Source: Vermamoeba vermiformis
Taxonomy: Eukaryota
Direction of reading: 5' to 3'
DNA: 64,000 nucleotides
Assembly: GCA_045837725.1 (NCBI GenBank)
Contig: JBEWZL010000115.1
Coordinates: forward strand, 62,001 to 126,000
The position numbers were made by a program, and so were the translations under genes. Numbering within the stretch: position 1 is the stretch's first letter; each line of letters opens with the position of its first letter. The notes under the pieces were generated by a model. That model was given only the letters and a program-made list of their open reading frames with translations, searched no databases and was not told where the DNA came from. Below, one piece after another: positions 52,324-64,000 of the stretch.

Positions 52324-53163
52324 CTACTTGCGCTGTTTCTTCGGATCCGGTACCTCGCCCAGATCCCACTGCGACTTGCGCTTCTGTCCAGTGCTGCTGG
52401 TGCTGCTGGTGCGGGGCAGCGAGGGCTTGACACTACTAGTGCTCGGTGCACTCTTGGCATTGACGAGCTGTTGCTGCTCCTGATCGAGCTGCTTGTAGTA
52501 ATCAGTCGCGCTGAAGCGGTGCGGATCCCACACCTCTTTGGCGTAGTTGGTGCCGATCTCGTCAATGCCCACGAACTGCACGAGGGTGGTGAGTAGTTCT
52601 GGGTTCTTAAAGTCCTTGGCACGACGCAGATTGCGATTGAGACTCTTGCCTGCGCGTTTAAATTCATGAAAATTGCTGATCTTCGTCACGAGTGCTGGAT
52701 CTGGTGCTGCACTTGGAGGAGGAGGACCCCATGACGAGTAGTCTATGGAAGGCACGGCGTGTGTACTCGGTGCATTATCATTGGACTGTAGTGTTGGTGC
52801 TTGTGGCTGTTAGGAATGAAGATCTGAGTATTCTGCGCGAAAGATTGGAATAATAATAAAGAGTTATTATTGTTAATTATAATTATTATTGGTCTTATTG
52901 TTAGTATTGGCATTATTATTAGTGCACGAATGATGATAACAAACCTCTTCTACTTGTTCATAGTCCGCGACACTCGCCAAAGCATTGTCCTCGTTCTTAT
53001 CATTGTGATCGTTAATATGATTATTATTATTATCACTCGTAGTGTCCTCTATATGTGCATCGGTGGTGGTAGGTGCAGTCACATCTGGCACCACCACAGC
53101 CCCTTGCTCCTCATGTTGCGCGGTGTCGTCGTCCTCTTCATTGGCATAGTCTACGAGTGACAT
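52324..53163 (-). CDS. SAP30BP: SAP30-binding protein / HCNGP-like
   Basis: MSLVDYA..; PPPP, DFKNPELL..LV..GIDEIGTNY..VWDP, DYYKQL, KRKSQWD. Confidence 0.88.
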
Positions 53164-53167
53164 GGCT

Positions 53168-53240
53168 AGTGTTGTATATATTGATGGCGTTGTATATAAT
53201 GATAGTGTTGTATATGATGATAGTGTTGTAATAATATTAT
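53168..53240. repeat. ~18-bp degenerate tandem repeat upstream of SAP30BP
   Basis: About 4 copies of gtgttgtatat(a/g)atgata. Confidence 0.65.
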
Positions 53241-53478
53241 ACAACGGTGTTGCGCGGCAATAAAGGCCCGTGCAAAATATCAGTCACGTGCAGCACAGTG
53301 GGTCCATAGCGCGCATTCACCCGCAGCGAGCAGCACATTAGACACTGCGACTATACTCACTCTATTGACTACTGCTGCACTGGAGTGGGCTGGATTTGTT
53401 GTTGTATTTGTAACGCAGCACACCTCGTCTCACCTACATTGCACTGCTCATGATTCACTAACTCACTGCATTATTTAA

Positions 53479-54762
53479 ATGTCCAATATTTCCAGGTATG
53501 AGACTCACGTGCCGTATTATTTAAACGATTATTAGCCGATCGCAAACAATTCCAAATAAATTTTAAATAAATAACCAACGCAATATCATCATCGTAGATA
53601 ACTACGTCATGGCATTATATACCGTCTAAAATAACGATCAATTGCGCAGGGTTCCCGAACAACACGATCAGACCGTTAAAGGCAGTCCGATCCAATCACC
53701 GTCCACGACACTAGAAGACACGCATAATGCGGCTAAAAATAGACGCAATGACATGCGGTGGCAAGATATACTCAGCAACATGTTGAGTGGCTGTGTTGCT
53801 GGGGCCATGGCTGCCATCTTCACAGGTGCGTATCTTTGCAGTTGTTGAAAATGTGCTGACAGCTATTTTTAGCACCACTCGATTTGGTAAAGACGCGACA
53901 GCAAGTGACACATCGCCACAGTGCCACACACTCGAGCATTGCCAGTACGACGCGGCACATCTGGTCGCAAGAAGGTTTGGTCGGATTTTTTCGTGGATTA
54001 TATCCCACGCTGTTCTCCCTCGTGCCCACGTGGGCGATATATTTCACGGTGTACCAATCACTGAAGAGCACGCTGGCGCAACAGGGACTGGTGGCACCTG
54101 ACACTGCGCGTCTACACCTGTTAGGTAAGTGACACTTTTGACACGTGTCAACAATGCGTGGCGGACACAGACTGACACGTGTCACAGCGGCGATGGGCGC
54201 AGGCATCACGACGAATGTGTGCACGAATCCGCTGTGGGTGATCAAGACGCGCATGCAGACCCAGACGATGGACGGCCAGACCGCCAAGTACTTCGGCATT
54301 GTCAGCTCGCTGCGCACGGTGGCGCGTGAAGAGGGACTGCGCGGCCTGTACCGCGGTCTGTTCCCCTCGCTGCTCGGTGTCGCACACGTCTGCGTGCAGT
54401 TCCCGCTCTACGAGAAGTTCAAACGCTATTTTGCCACGCGCCACCACAAGTCAGCGGAACAACTCTCGCTGTCGGAGCTGGTGATGGCCAGCAGTGCCAG
54501 CAAGATGATTGCCTCCATGGCAGCCTATCCTCACGAACTCGTGCGCGCGCGATTGCAAGTGGCACATCGCCACCACCATCCGCACCTCGGTGCCGCACAT
54601 CCGACGCTGCTCACGGTGATCAAGCACACGTGGCACAAAGAAGGTATGCGCGGCTTCTATCGCGGCATGTTCACCAATCTGCTGCGCGTGACACCAGCGT
54701 GCGCCATCACCTTTACCACGTACGAGCTAATTCATCATCGCTTGCGTCGCCTCTTATTGTAA
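53479..54762 (+). CDS. Mitochondrial carrier, Ndt1/SLC25A32-like (NAD+/folate/FAD clade)
   Basis: Three signature motifs PLDLVKTR, PLWVIKTR, PHELVRAR; PTWAIYFTVY, HVCVQFPLYE, LLRVTPAC. Confidence 0.88.
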
Positions 54763-54819
54763 ATATTACTTCGAACAAAAAACAACTGCAATTATTATCC
54801 CACAAGTGTACAGCGCTTG

Positions 54820-56649
54820 TTATGTTACATGTGCATCACGTGATTGCACTTGGTGTTGTTGGTGCAGTACTCGGCGGAAATACTGCGGGTAATCCACGTG
54901 CTGCGTGAAGAAGGCGTGTTCCAGGGCCTGTGCAGCACTGATGCGGCGTGCGGGATCGTACTCCAGCGTGGCACGAATCAGGCGGAAAAACTCGAGCGTG
55001 AGGGGCTCATCGTCAATGACGATCAGTTTGTCCAAGGGCTGCAAGTGCGAATAGAGATCGCGATCTTGGTCAAATCTCCGCTGCTGATCACGTGACACCC
55101 AGTGACTCGGAAATGCTCCGAGCACACGCTGCATCATGAGCAGGTGATCGTGATTGTGCCGCGTGCGGAATAATGGATCACCCATCCACAGCTCGATCAA
55201 GATGCAGCCCACAGCCCAGATGTCAACTTCTGGCCCCCACGTGACATTGTCGTGTTTCTGTTGCCGAACATTAGTGACACTCCATGATGTGACACGTGTC
55301 AAACGCAGTACCTTGTTGCCAGTGCGGTGTGCCTCCCACATCACTTCAGGGGCGCGGTAGTGACGCGTGCCAACCACGCGTGAGCGGTGATCAGTGCGTG
55401 CCACCGCTGAACCGAAATCTACGACCACGAGCTCGGGGTTGAGCACTTCAGTCACGGAGAGCGGCGATTGACACGTGTCAATTTTGACAGGTCCCCATTC
55501 AAAAGCAAGCCTGCTCTCTACATTGACAGGTGTCATGCGTGTGTCGCGGAACAATAGATTCTCGGGCTTGAGATCAGTGTGAATTATTCCGTGCTTGTGC
55601 AGGGCAGCGAGTGACGTGAACAGCTGTCGCGCGATGCAGCGAATGACAGGCAAGTAGAGCGGTTGAAACTGATTGGTCCGCATGTAGTCGAACAGACTCG
55701 TGCCACACAGCGGAAAAACCATGCACACGTGATTGCAGTACTCGAACCAGCGTTTCAAGTGAATTATTCCGCTCTTGTGTTGCGGGTCGATAGCATGCAG
55801 TTGATCGAAGATGCGTATCTCAATCATGGCTGCATCTCTATATTTGGGCACGGCGCGGATCACTTTGACAGCCACGTGCGCACGTGTCTCGCGGTCCCAG
55901 CACTCCAACACCTTGCCGAAGGTGCCTTCACCCACCACTGCGAGCTGCTTGTCTGTGCCACCAGTCAGTACGAGCACGTGATCAAATATGCTGGGAGTGT
56001 TCCCAAGCACGTGACTTACATCGCGGCGTGAGATCTCCCCCGAGATTCACCAGCACGTGACCCTCGCTGTCGTGGTGGTCAGCATAGCGACTGTCCACGC
56101 GACTCTCAGCGCGCACTGACGGAGCACGGCGTGTGGTCGGAGATCTCCGATAATCTCGCGAGTATCTCCGCTCATGACGCGTGTGACTAGCGCCAGGACT
56201 GCGCGTGCGATGATGACTGTCGCGGTGACTGTTGCGTCGCGTTCTGTCACGTGATCGATGTCGCTGGAAGTAATAGGACTCTTTGTAGTCGTAGCGCGGG
56301 TAATGGCGCGTGTTGGAGTGTCGATCTGCTCGGTAATTCTGCGCGCAATTAGATCTGATCACTGCCTGGAGTGTACAATTACCGATTCCTCTCTGTATGC
56401 GGTACGTTGATAATGAGGGCGAGGGTAGTTGTTTTGATAGTGTCTGAAGCATGAAAATAAAATAATTAATGGAAATTATTCCTGATCGAAATTTATAACC
56501 GATGATTATCATTATAATGGAGCGATTTACGGGAAGAATTTTCGTATAATTAATGTGAGCAACAGGACCTCGTACCGATCGTAGTTGTAATCGTTGTTGT
56601 AGCGTGGCTCATTGTAACCGCGATTGCGCCACAGATCACGAGTCGCCAT
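54820..56649 (-). CDS. Divergent CLK/LAMMER kinase with RS-rich N-terminus
   Basis: GEGTFGKV, KYRDAAMIEI, HTDLKPEN, DFGSA, TRHYRAPE; LAMMER variant DHLLMMQRVLG. Confidence 0.88.
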
Positions 56650-56855
56650 TGAATAGAGCGCTAATTATAGTAACAATAGACCGATATAGTGAATGCTACT
56701 AGAGCTGTGTTCATTATTAATGAACTGTCTTAAACTGTGAAAAAAAAGTAACTGCAAAGAGAGACACGTGATTTTTGCTGAAATTTCGTACTCCTCGTGC
56801 AAATGAAGGTGAGCGCTACAATAGAGAGGTTTATATATACACGTGTATGCTACAG

Positions 56856-57878
56856 TTAGAGCGGGGTGATTTTAACGTGACTGGCCTCACTCGGCACAGA
56901 CCGGTCAATGACACGCATGACATCTGTCAAACGGCGACTCTGCGGCCAAATCACGTGCGTGGCTCGTCCCTGAATGAGTGCGAGAGGTATCTAGGTGACA
57001 GGTGTCAATGAGAGGTCTGCACGGTGAGTGCTAAAAATAGCTACGTACAGGTCCGTAGTGATTGGAATCGATCGATGAGCGGTGATTGTCGCCCTCCACC
57101 CACACGTGTCCTGCAGTATTGACGCGAGATGTGAGTGAGATACAAGGCATATACCACGTGATCACGCACCTGCTGGCACTTCACGCCACCGCGCCAAGTG
57201 ATCGCGATCGATGCGCACCGTCTCACTGCCCTGCCCATTTATAGTAATGTTATCGTGCGTGCTGGCACTGTTGGTACTGGCACAATGCGGAGTGCTGGCA
57301 CTATTTTTAGCCGCAGCAGTGTGAGTGGCGCACTCCTCCAGCACGTGCAGCAGCTTGTCGTCCTCCTCGCGGTGCAGGTGCGAATGTACGCGCACGAGTT
57401 GCGGCGTGTCAGCGCTGTGGTGGACAGCAATCACGCGCTTGATGAGCTGTCGGCCGCGGTGTTGTGGCGAGTGAAAGCAGACCACATCGCCTGCCTGCAC
57501 CTTGTCGGGCACGTACTGCCACCGCCGCACCAGCACTAGATCTGCTGCTCTGCTGCGCCGTTAGCCTCGACAATTATTTCAAATATAGTAGCATATTCAA
57601 AGGACAGTGTATTGCTGGCACTGATATTGGCCAGTATTGAATTTAAACTGTTGTGTTGGAATTTATAATGCAAATAAATACCTAGAGTACGGATCTGGAT
57701 TCAGAGCTGGACGCATTGAGCCACCTTCAATCCACACTACCGATGCTACTCGATCAGTAAACCACCACAGCAAGCCGAATGAACCGACAACTTTAAAGCC
57801 AGTTTTGGCCCATCTGTTGAGCGCAGCACGTGATGGCCGCGTTGTTGAATAGGCACGTGTAATGACTCGCGTGAACAT
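56856..57878 (-). CDS. IMP2: Mitochondrial inner membrane peptidase subunit (IMP2-like, S26)
   Basis: GGSMRPALNP (catalytic Ser), LIKRV (catalytic Lys), GHVWVEGDN..SIDSNHYGP, IPLALIQGRATHVIWP. Confidence 0.85.
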
Positions 57879-58308
57879 ACAAGGGCGATGTATACTGGTA
57901 TATTTATATAATAATTATGGGGTGTGTTGTTAGTACGGTGCTGAATGATGTTGATTTTCAATTTTGAATCGTTGACAGGCACACACAGGTGAGTGCACTG
58001 CACGGCATTGCGATGCATATAACAGTAGCGGCTATTAATACCGAGCGGTGCGAGTGACTAACCACCTCTCGCTGCGATCCTTAGCGACAATTTCAGAAAT
58101 TTACCCGATCTGTTTATTCAAATAACGTTGCATCACATTCGAATTATCACTTAAAATTATTGCATATTTATTTACTGTTACCAATTTACGTATCTTTTTC
58201 ACTTGTTGAATTATTGGATCTGCTCTGCCGGCAGCCATTAATTAATCGCACTGCACCAGTACTATTTAAGCCACTACACGCACCAGTCACTAACACCGCG
58301 CACAGCTG

Positions 58309-61300
58309 ATGACAGACAACAGCACTGCACCCCTCGCTGAGCCCTTCGCTGAGCCCCTCGCTGCTCCCGTGCGCCAGTTGCCACCAACGCTATTTTTGCC
58401 GCCGTTCAACGACGGTGAGGCGTGGCTCGTGCCCGAACAGGAGCGCGTGGTGCAGCTGGTGATCTTGACCATCATCTTCTTGGCGGGCCTGATCGTGCTG
58501 CTCGCCATCGTAGAGGCCGTGTTCAAGAAGTGCTGGCCCAACTCTGTCTTCTTGAGCTCGCGTCGGAGATTGCTCCGCGTCAAGTACGCCTCGTCTGAAT
58601 TTGGATTTTACTCGGTACGTCGTGATTGGTCTGTCTCACTCGTCGCTGATGCCCAAATTAGGAAATGGTGTTCACGGTGCTGAGTCTGTGCAGTTGCGCG
58701 CTGTTCATGTATCTCGCGATATCTTTGCAGTCCTTGGCAGGCACGGAGGTAGATCCGACGACCATCTTCACGCAGCCGTTCGTGTACTGGATTGAATTCG
58801 CGATCAGCGCGCTGTTTGCACTCTACTACCTCTTCATGCTGCTCACTTCCATGTCCACGTAAGTCTCGCGCAGGGCAGTGTTTGACACGTGTCAACTAAT
58901 CGCCTGTCAGTTGGAAGTTCGTACTCAATCCGTGGAGCATTGCGCAAATTGTGACAATTATACCCGGACTGGTCAGCATTGCCGTTGAAGAATATTATTG
59001 GTGCGTGCAGATCACAGTTTGACACGTGTCACCGCGACTGATTGCCTAATTAGGTTCTTCTTGCCACTGCGCATCTTGCAGTTCAATCGCTCGCTGCGCT
59101 TCTTGAAGGGCTACGGCTGGAAGTTGTTGGAAAGTAAGTTGTTCCGCTCGCACGTGTTTGACAGGTGTCACTGAGTGACCTCGCCCACAGATCGCAACAG
59201 TCAGATCGTGTTCTTCTTGTCGACCATCTTCTCGTACCTGTTTGTGGCCATGGGCTTCATCTTCGTCTCCGAGAACAGCATCACCGCAGCTGATGGACAG
59301 GTGCGTGTGACGAGTGCGGCTAAAAATAGAACTGACTGGCCCGATTAGGTGAACAATCTGCTCGATGCGCTGTATCTCATCGTGATCTCGCTGTCCACGG
59401 TCGGTTACGGCGACATTGTGCCGAAGAGTGCGCTGGGTCGCGTGGTGATCATGGTGCTGATCGTGGGTGCCATCATCATTATTCCGCAAGAGCTCGCCAA
59501 GCTCATCAAGATCTTCTCGTCCTCGCGTATGCATACTGACCTCATTGCCTTATTTGGGCACCTCCAACTCACTTCTACATTAGGCAACAGCACGTACTCG
59601 GGTGAACTCGATCACGTGGTCATGTACGTGCCGGACAGGTCCGACATCTCGGCGTTCATTGAAGAGTTCTTTCATGAAGATCGCAAGCTGCAAGACACGA
59701 ACATGGCCCTGATGAGTGCCACCGACCTGCACGAGAACACCAAGGCCCTGCTCGTCAAGCCTCAGTACGGACTGCGCGTGGAGGTTATGCGCGGGGAACT
59801 CAATGTGAGTCATCCTTTGACACCTGTCATTGATGTGTCACGCTGACACGAGCTATTTTTAGAGCAAGTTCGATCAAAAGCGCGTCAAAATGATGAAAGC
59901 ACGTGCTGCATTTCTGCTGACCAATAAGAACCCGTCCAGTCAACACGATGCGCGTGAGTAGTCTATTTTTAGACACGTGATTGGGTGGCACTGACAGTAC
60001 TTTGCAGAGACTATTCTGACCGCGCTAAATATAGCCTCGTACAACAAACAGCTCGAGGTCTACGTGCAAATTTACAGCAAAGAACACAAAGCGACAGCAT
60101 TGTCACGTGGCATCAAGCACGTGGTTTGCATTGAAGAATTGAAGCTCGGACTCCTCGCGCAGAATTGTCTATATTTGGGCTTCTCCACGCTGGTTGGCAA
60201 CTTGATCCGTTCACTGAACGCGTCGGGTCACAAATTCAAGTACAACAAGTGGCTGCAGGACTACGGTACGGCACGTGACTATTGCCATTTTAGGAATGTC
60301 TGACAGCTATTTTTAGACTACGGTCTTGGTCATGAGTGCTACAGTGGTCGCGCGCTGACACCATATATAGGCCTCAAGTTCCACGACGTGGTGATGGCAA
60401 GTGCTAAAAATAGCTCTACACAGTATTAATTTCCAAATTAGTACATTTACAAGCGACACGAGGCCCTGCTGTTCGGCATCAAAAGCACCCCCGATGACAT
60501 GGTGGTGGAGGCAGTGCCCAACAGTCACGTGTCCATTCACGTGCGCAGCGAGGACGGCAGCACAGCTGCTGGCACTGGTGGCACTGGTGGCACGGAGGGA
60601 TCGATCGACGATGTGTTCATTGTGCTCAATCCTGGCCCCGAGTACGTCATTCAACCGGTACGTAGTGATCACGTGACTGGCACTAGCGATATACTCACTG
60701 TCACGTGGCAGGGTGACATTGGATTTTTCATCGCCCAAGACGAGCGCGTGGTGGACACGATTGTGAAAGATGAGCTCGGCGAATATCTCGGTCCCGATGT
60801 CTGGGAACAGACCATGACCAGTCTAAATTTAGGCTCACACTCCACACTGCCCGAGGACACCACCAATCAGGTGATTGAGCAGCGCAAGTTAGCCTTGATG
60901 AAGAGCGGCTTCAACGTCAAGACCTCCACGGGGTCCACTCAACCAGGGCCTGTCGATGAGGCTATTTTGAGTGACATGGAGCCCCGCTCTGGCGACAACC
61001 TATCGCGTGAAGTGTCACGTGAACGACTGGACTTGAGTCCTTCAGAGAACCGCAAACACCGCAAGAGCGACAAAATGACACGTGTCAAACCTGTCACTGG
61101 ACACGCACGACGTCACAGCTTGGACTCGGTACGTGACATTGGTATGCCGTTCAGTGAAGAATTCAAGACTCGTGAGGCTCGTCGCAGGTATTGTCCAAAT
61201 TGGGAAATGTCATTATTCTTTACACTCACATCTATTTTTAGCTTGGACATGGGTCGCGTGTCATTCTCTGACGACCAATCACGTGACAGTAGTGACAGGC

Positions 61301-62896
61301 CGTCAAAGACGAATTCAAAAGTGCAGTTCGATGTCAGCACACCACGTGATCAGTCATTGGACCAGCCGCACTCCGACAAGAAAAAGAATTCCTCCTCCGA
61401 ACAGAGAACTCGATCAGGATCGGGCACCAAATCAGGCAAGTCTGCCAAACTCGATCCGAATGCGCGTCGCACTCGCAAAAAAGACAAAATTCTTCCGCGC
61501 TTGACAAATAAGGAAATGCACGGTGCAGGTCACATCGCTCTGGACGAAGACTTGGTCAGTCACGTGATGTCCATGCGCGCGTGTCACTAACAGTTCTAAA
61601 AATAGATCCGCAACTACGTGCTGGTCGAGGACGAGCCCAACTTCCTGTCACGTGCCTCGCTGTACGAGGTGCCAGCAGAGATGCGCGATCACATTGTGAT
61701 TGTGTGTGACGTCACCACTGAGCTCTACACCTTGTTGCTGCCACTGCGCGCACAGTCCTTGCAAGCACGTGGTCTGTACCGCCCTGTCGTGCTGTTCTCG
61801 CCGCGCGTGCCAACGACTTTTCATTGGAATCGCATCTGCATTCTGCCGGACATCTACTTTGTGCGCGTAAGTGTTCGTTTGACACATGTCAATCGGCAGT
61901 CTACTTACCACCTCTACCAGGGCTCACCAACCAACACCAATGATTTGCAGCGCGCAGGTGTGTCACGTGCCTGGCGAGTAAGTTTCAGTGAATGGGCCTC
62001 ATGAATCAGATCACTGAGCTATTTTTAGGTGCTGATCATGTCGAGCATGTCGCTGCTGAACTACCGCGAGTACTTGGCCGGTGAAGAAGACAACACGGCG
62101 CTCGAGACCTCCGTGGACTCCACGGCCCTGCTCACCTTCAAGATGGTGCAAGCGAGTCAAGAACTGCTCTGCGACACCCATTGTAGAGCTCTGTGCGTAG
62201 TGCTCGATACTTGTACTCATTGGGCTATTGACTGATCTATTTTTAGTGTGTCCCGAGAACAGTCGCTACATTGTTTCAGTGAAACTCAAAAAGTTCAACA
62301 GTTTCGATGCAGACACGCTGAAACAGATTGTCAAGTCCGAGGAAGAGATTGCCGAGGCTGTACGTCACTTGTTGTACATGAGACATACTCGTACTCAATC
62401 ACGTGATATTTGCAGGGTGAATATCGCAATCCGAACTACGCCTCAGGTCAAGTGTTTTATGCCACACTGCTCGACACGCTGATTGGTCAGACGTACTACA
62501 ATGTGGATCTGCTCGACATCCTCGAAGACTTGATCAAGCCCGACACAGTGCACCTCGTGGCACTCACAGACAGACCACAGCTGCTCACGGAGAGCGGTGA
62601 CGCCAAGCCTGAATGCAAGCTGCGCACCTTCCTCGAGCTGTTCACGTACTTTGTCACGCAAGAGCGCGCACTGCCCCTCGGCATCTATCGCAAGGGCTCA
62701 GGTATTCATGAACCAAGTTATTTTTAGCGCAGCACTGACCATCTTGACAGGCATTCACAACGGCTACGTGTTGACAGTGCCCAAAAAAGACGAAGTGATC
62801 TTTGTGACGGACAAGGTCTTCTTGCTCAACCAGGGCAAGCTCAGCACTGAAATTCAAGCCAAATTGCAAAAGATCCGCGAGTTCCAAGACAGGTAG
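58309..62896 (+). CDS. Slo/BK-type potassium channel with RCK domains, many introns
   Basis: Pore ISLSTVGYGDIVP; VCIEELKLGLLAQNC..GFSTLVGNL; GSPTNTNDLQRAGV; NYASGQVF..LLDTL; LPLGIYR. Confidence 0.92.
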
Positions 62897-62950
62897 AGGC
62901 TGTCAGCGATGTAAATAGCCAAAAATAGAAATAAATCTTATTTATTGATG

Positions 62951-63989
62951 CTACGCGCCAAATGTCTGCGCGATGAGAATGGACAGCACGAGCACTGCAA
63001 TGAGTGCCAGCAACACACCACCACGTGATTTGTGTTGAGTATTTACAGGTTGAGGATTGACAGGTGCCTCGGCGGGTGTTGTTTTGACAGGTACGTTGTT
63101 GACAGGTGTCACTTCTGCACTTGGGCGCAATGTGTCCAATTCTTCTAACATGTCTGCAAACATCTTCTTGAATGCTGCAAAGATCAAACAAATGAGTCGC
63201 GCACAACACGTGCCACTAGCAACACGACAACTACGTACTCGGATTCTTGCGATTGAAGGCCATGGACATCTGTGCCAGCGCGCGCTTCTCACTGTCCGTG
63301 GTGCTGATGCTGCCCGTGGTGGACTGGTTCTCGAGCTAGTGCCAGGGCTGTTAACAATAGGGCTGTATAATCAGCGACAATACGCACCATGAATGACAGC
63401 AGCCCCGTCAATATGCTGCTCACAGACCACATTGGATTCCACGTCTCTGGATGGAACTGACAACGCGTGCATTAGTCGACTGCATGCCTCGTAGTGCACT
63501 TACATCGCTCATTGATAAGCACAGGCGCGTATTAGTGGCGAATCGACCGCTCGGCGTGATCATCATGATGCTCGGTGGTGCGTGCGGATAAGTCGTCGGG
63601 AACTTCAGCTTGCCGTGATAGACTCCTCCTTCATATACTGTGCCCTTAGGGCCAAACAATACTATGGCATAATTTCATTAATTATAGTCCGTTGTATAAG
63701 CATGATCGCAATTAAATTTAGTGCCACGTCAGCTGGATTCAATTTCAGAATAAAAATTCGAAATAATATTTCAAATAATTCTGTTATTATTCCTATGCCA
63801 AGAATATAGTATACCATAATGCCACTCAAGTATATTATCTGGATTGGGGTGCGTTTGAATATTTGGTGGTGGATCTTTAAGGATTTGTTGGTATTCCCTT
63901 TGTAGCCGTTTCTGTAATGATTCTTTAGCTTACATGATCATTAATAGTATCGATGTAGTACATACAACGTATTCTTTTTGTTGTGACAT
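62951..63989 (-). CDS. UBC6: ER tail-anchored E2 ubiquitin-conjugating enzyme Ubc6/UBE2J2
   Basis: [57 protein letters not shown]; hydrophobic C-terminal tail. Confidence 0.93.
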
Positions 63990-64000
63990 GTTAGCTGTCT

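Noticed and set aside
13804-54762. NAD synthetase plus Ndt1-like carrier as a metabolic cluster
   Set aside because: About 37 kb apart with many unrelated genes between; carrier substrate uncertain
63928-63935. Apparent ATG-TAA at the UBC6 start suggesting a pseudogene or stop reassignment
   Set aside because: Lies within the first intron; splicing gives [15 protein letters not shown] under the standard code
1-64000. tRNA, rRNA or snoRNA genes
   Set aside because: None recognisable by eye; intronic ncRNAs cannot be excluded without tRNAscan-SE/Infernal

Overview
Gene-dense eukaryotic nuclear DNA with short (mostly ~40-90 nt) GT-AG introns, longer AT-rich first introns, GC-rich coding bodies and very short intergenic spacers. 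Gene content (KrsB-type STE20-calpain III kinase, PH-CRIB PAK, TupA, C2-ankyrin-SAM-TKL kinase) suggests an amoebozoan-like protist; this is inference. About 30 spliced genes can be reconstructed: WD40 protein, Med16, bZIP, mini LIM/zinc-ribbon protein, NAD synthetase, GH31 glucosidase, SART1, RUN protein, RPS23, ARMT1, ABCE1, MnmE/GTPBP3, VTA1, ADA3, SLD5, TUP1, BET3, an eIF4E-family protein, SAP30BP, an Ndt1-like carrier, CLK, IMP2, a Slo channel and UBC6. The most striking unexplained signal is a patchy, strong over-representation of palindromic transcription-factor-like motifs inside introns and coding exons: TGACACGTGTCA/TGACAGGTGTCA, CACGTG, CTA(A/T)4TAG and CC(A/T)6GG. These motifs appear to shape the amino-acid content of protein linkers. 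Other highlights: an eIF4E paralog with a predicted C-terminal membrane anchor, a ~2 kb foreign-looking island with inverted repeats, and two single-base frameshifts. Gene boundaries and motif counts were read by eye and are approximate.
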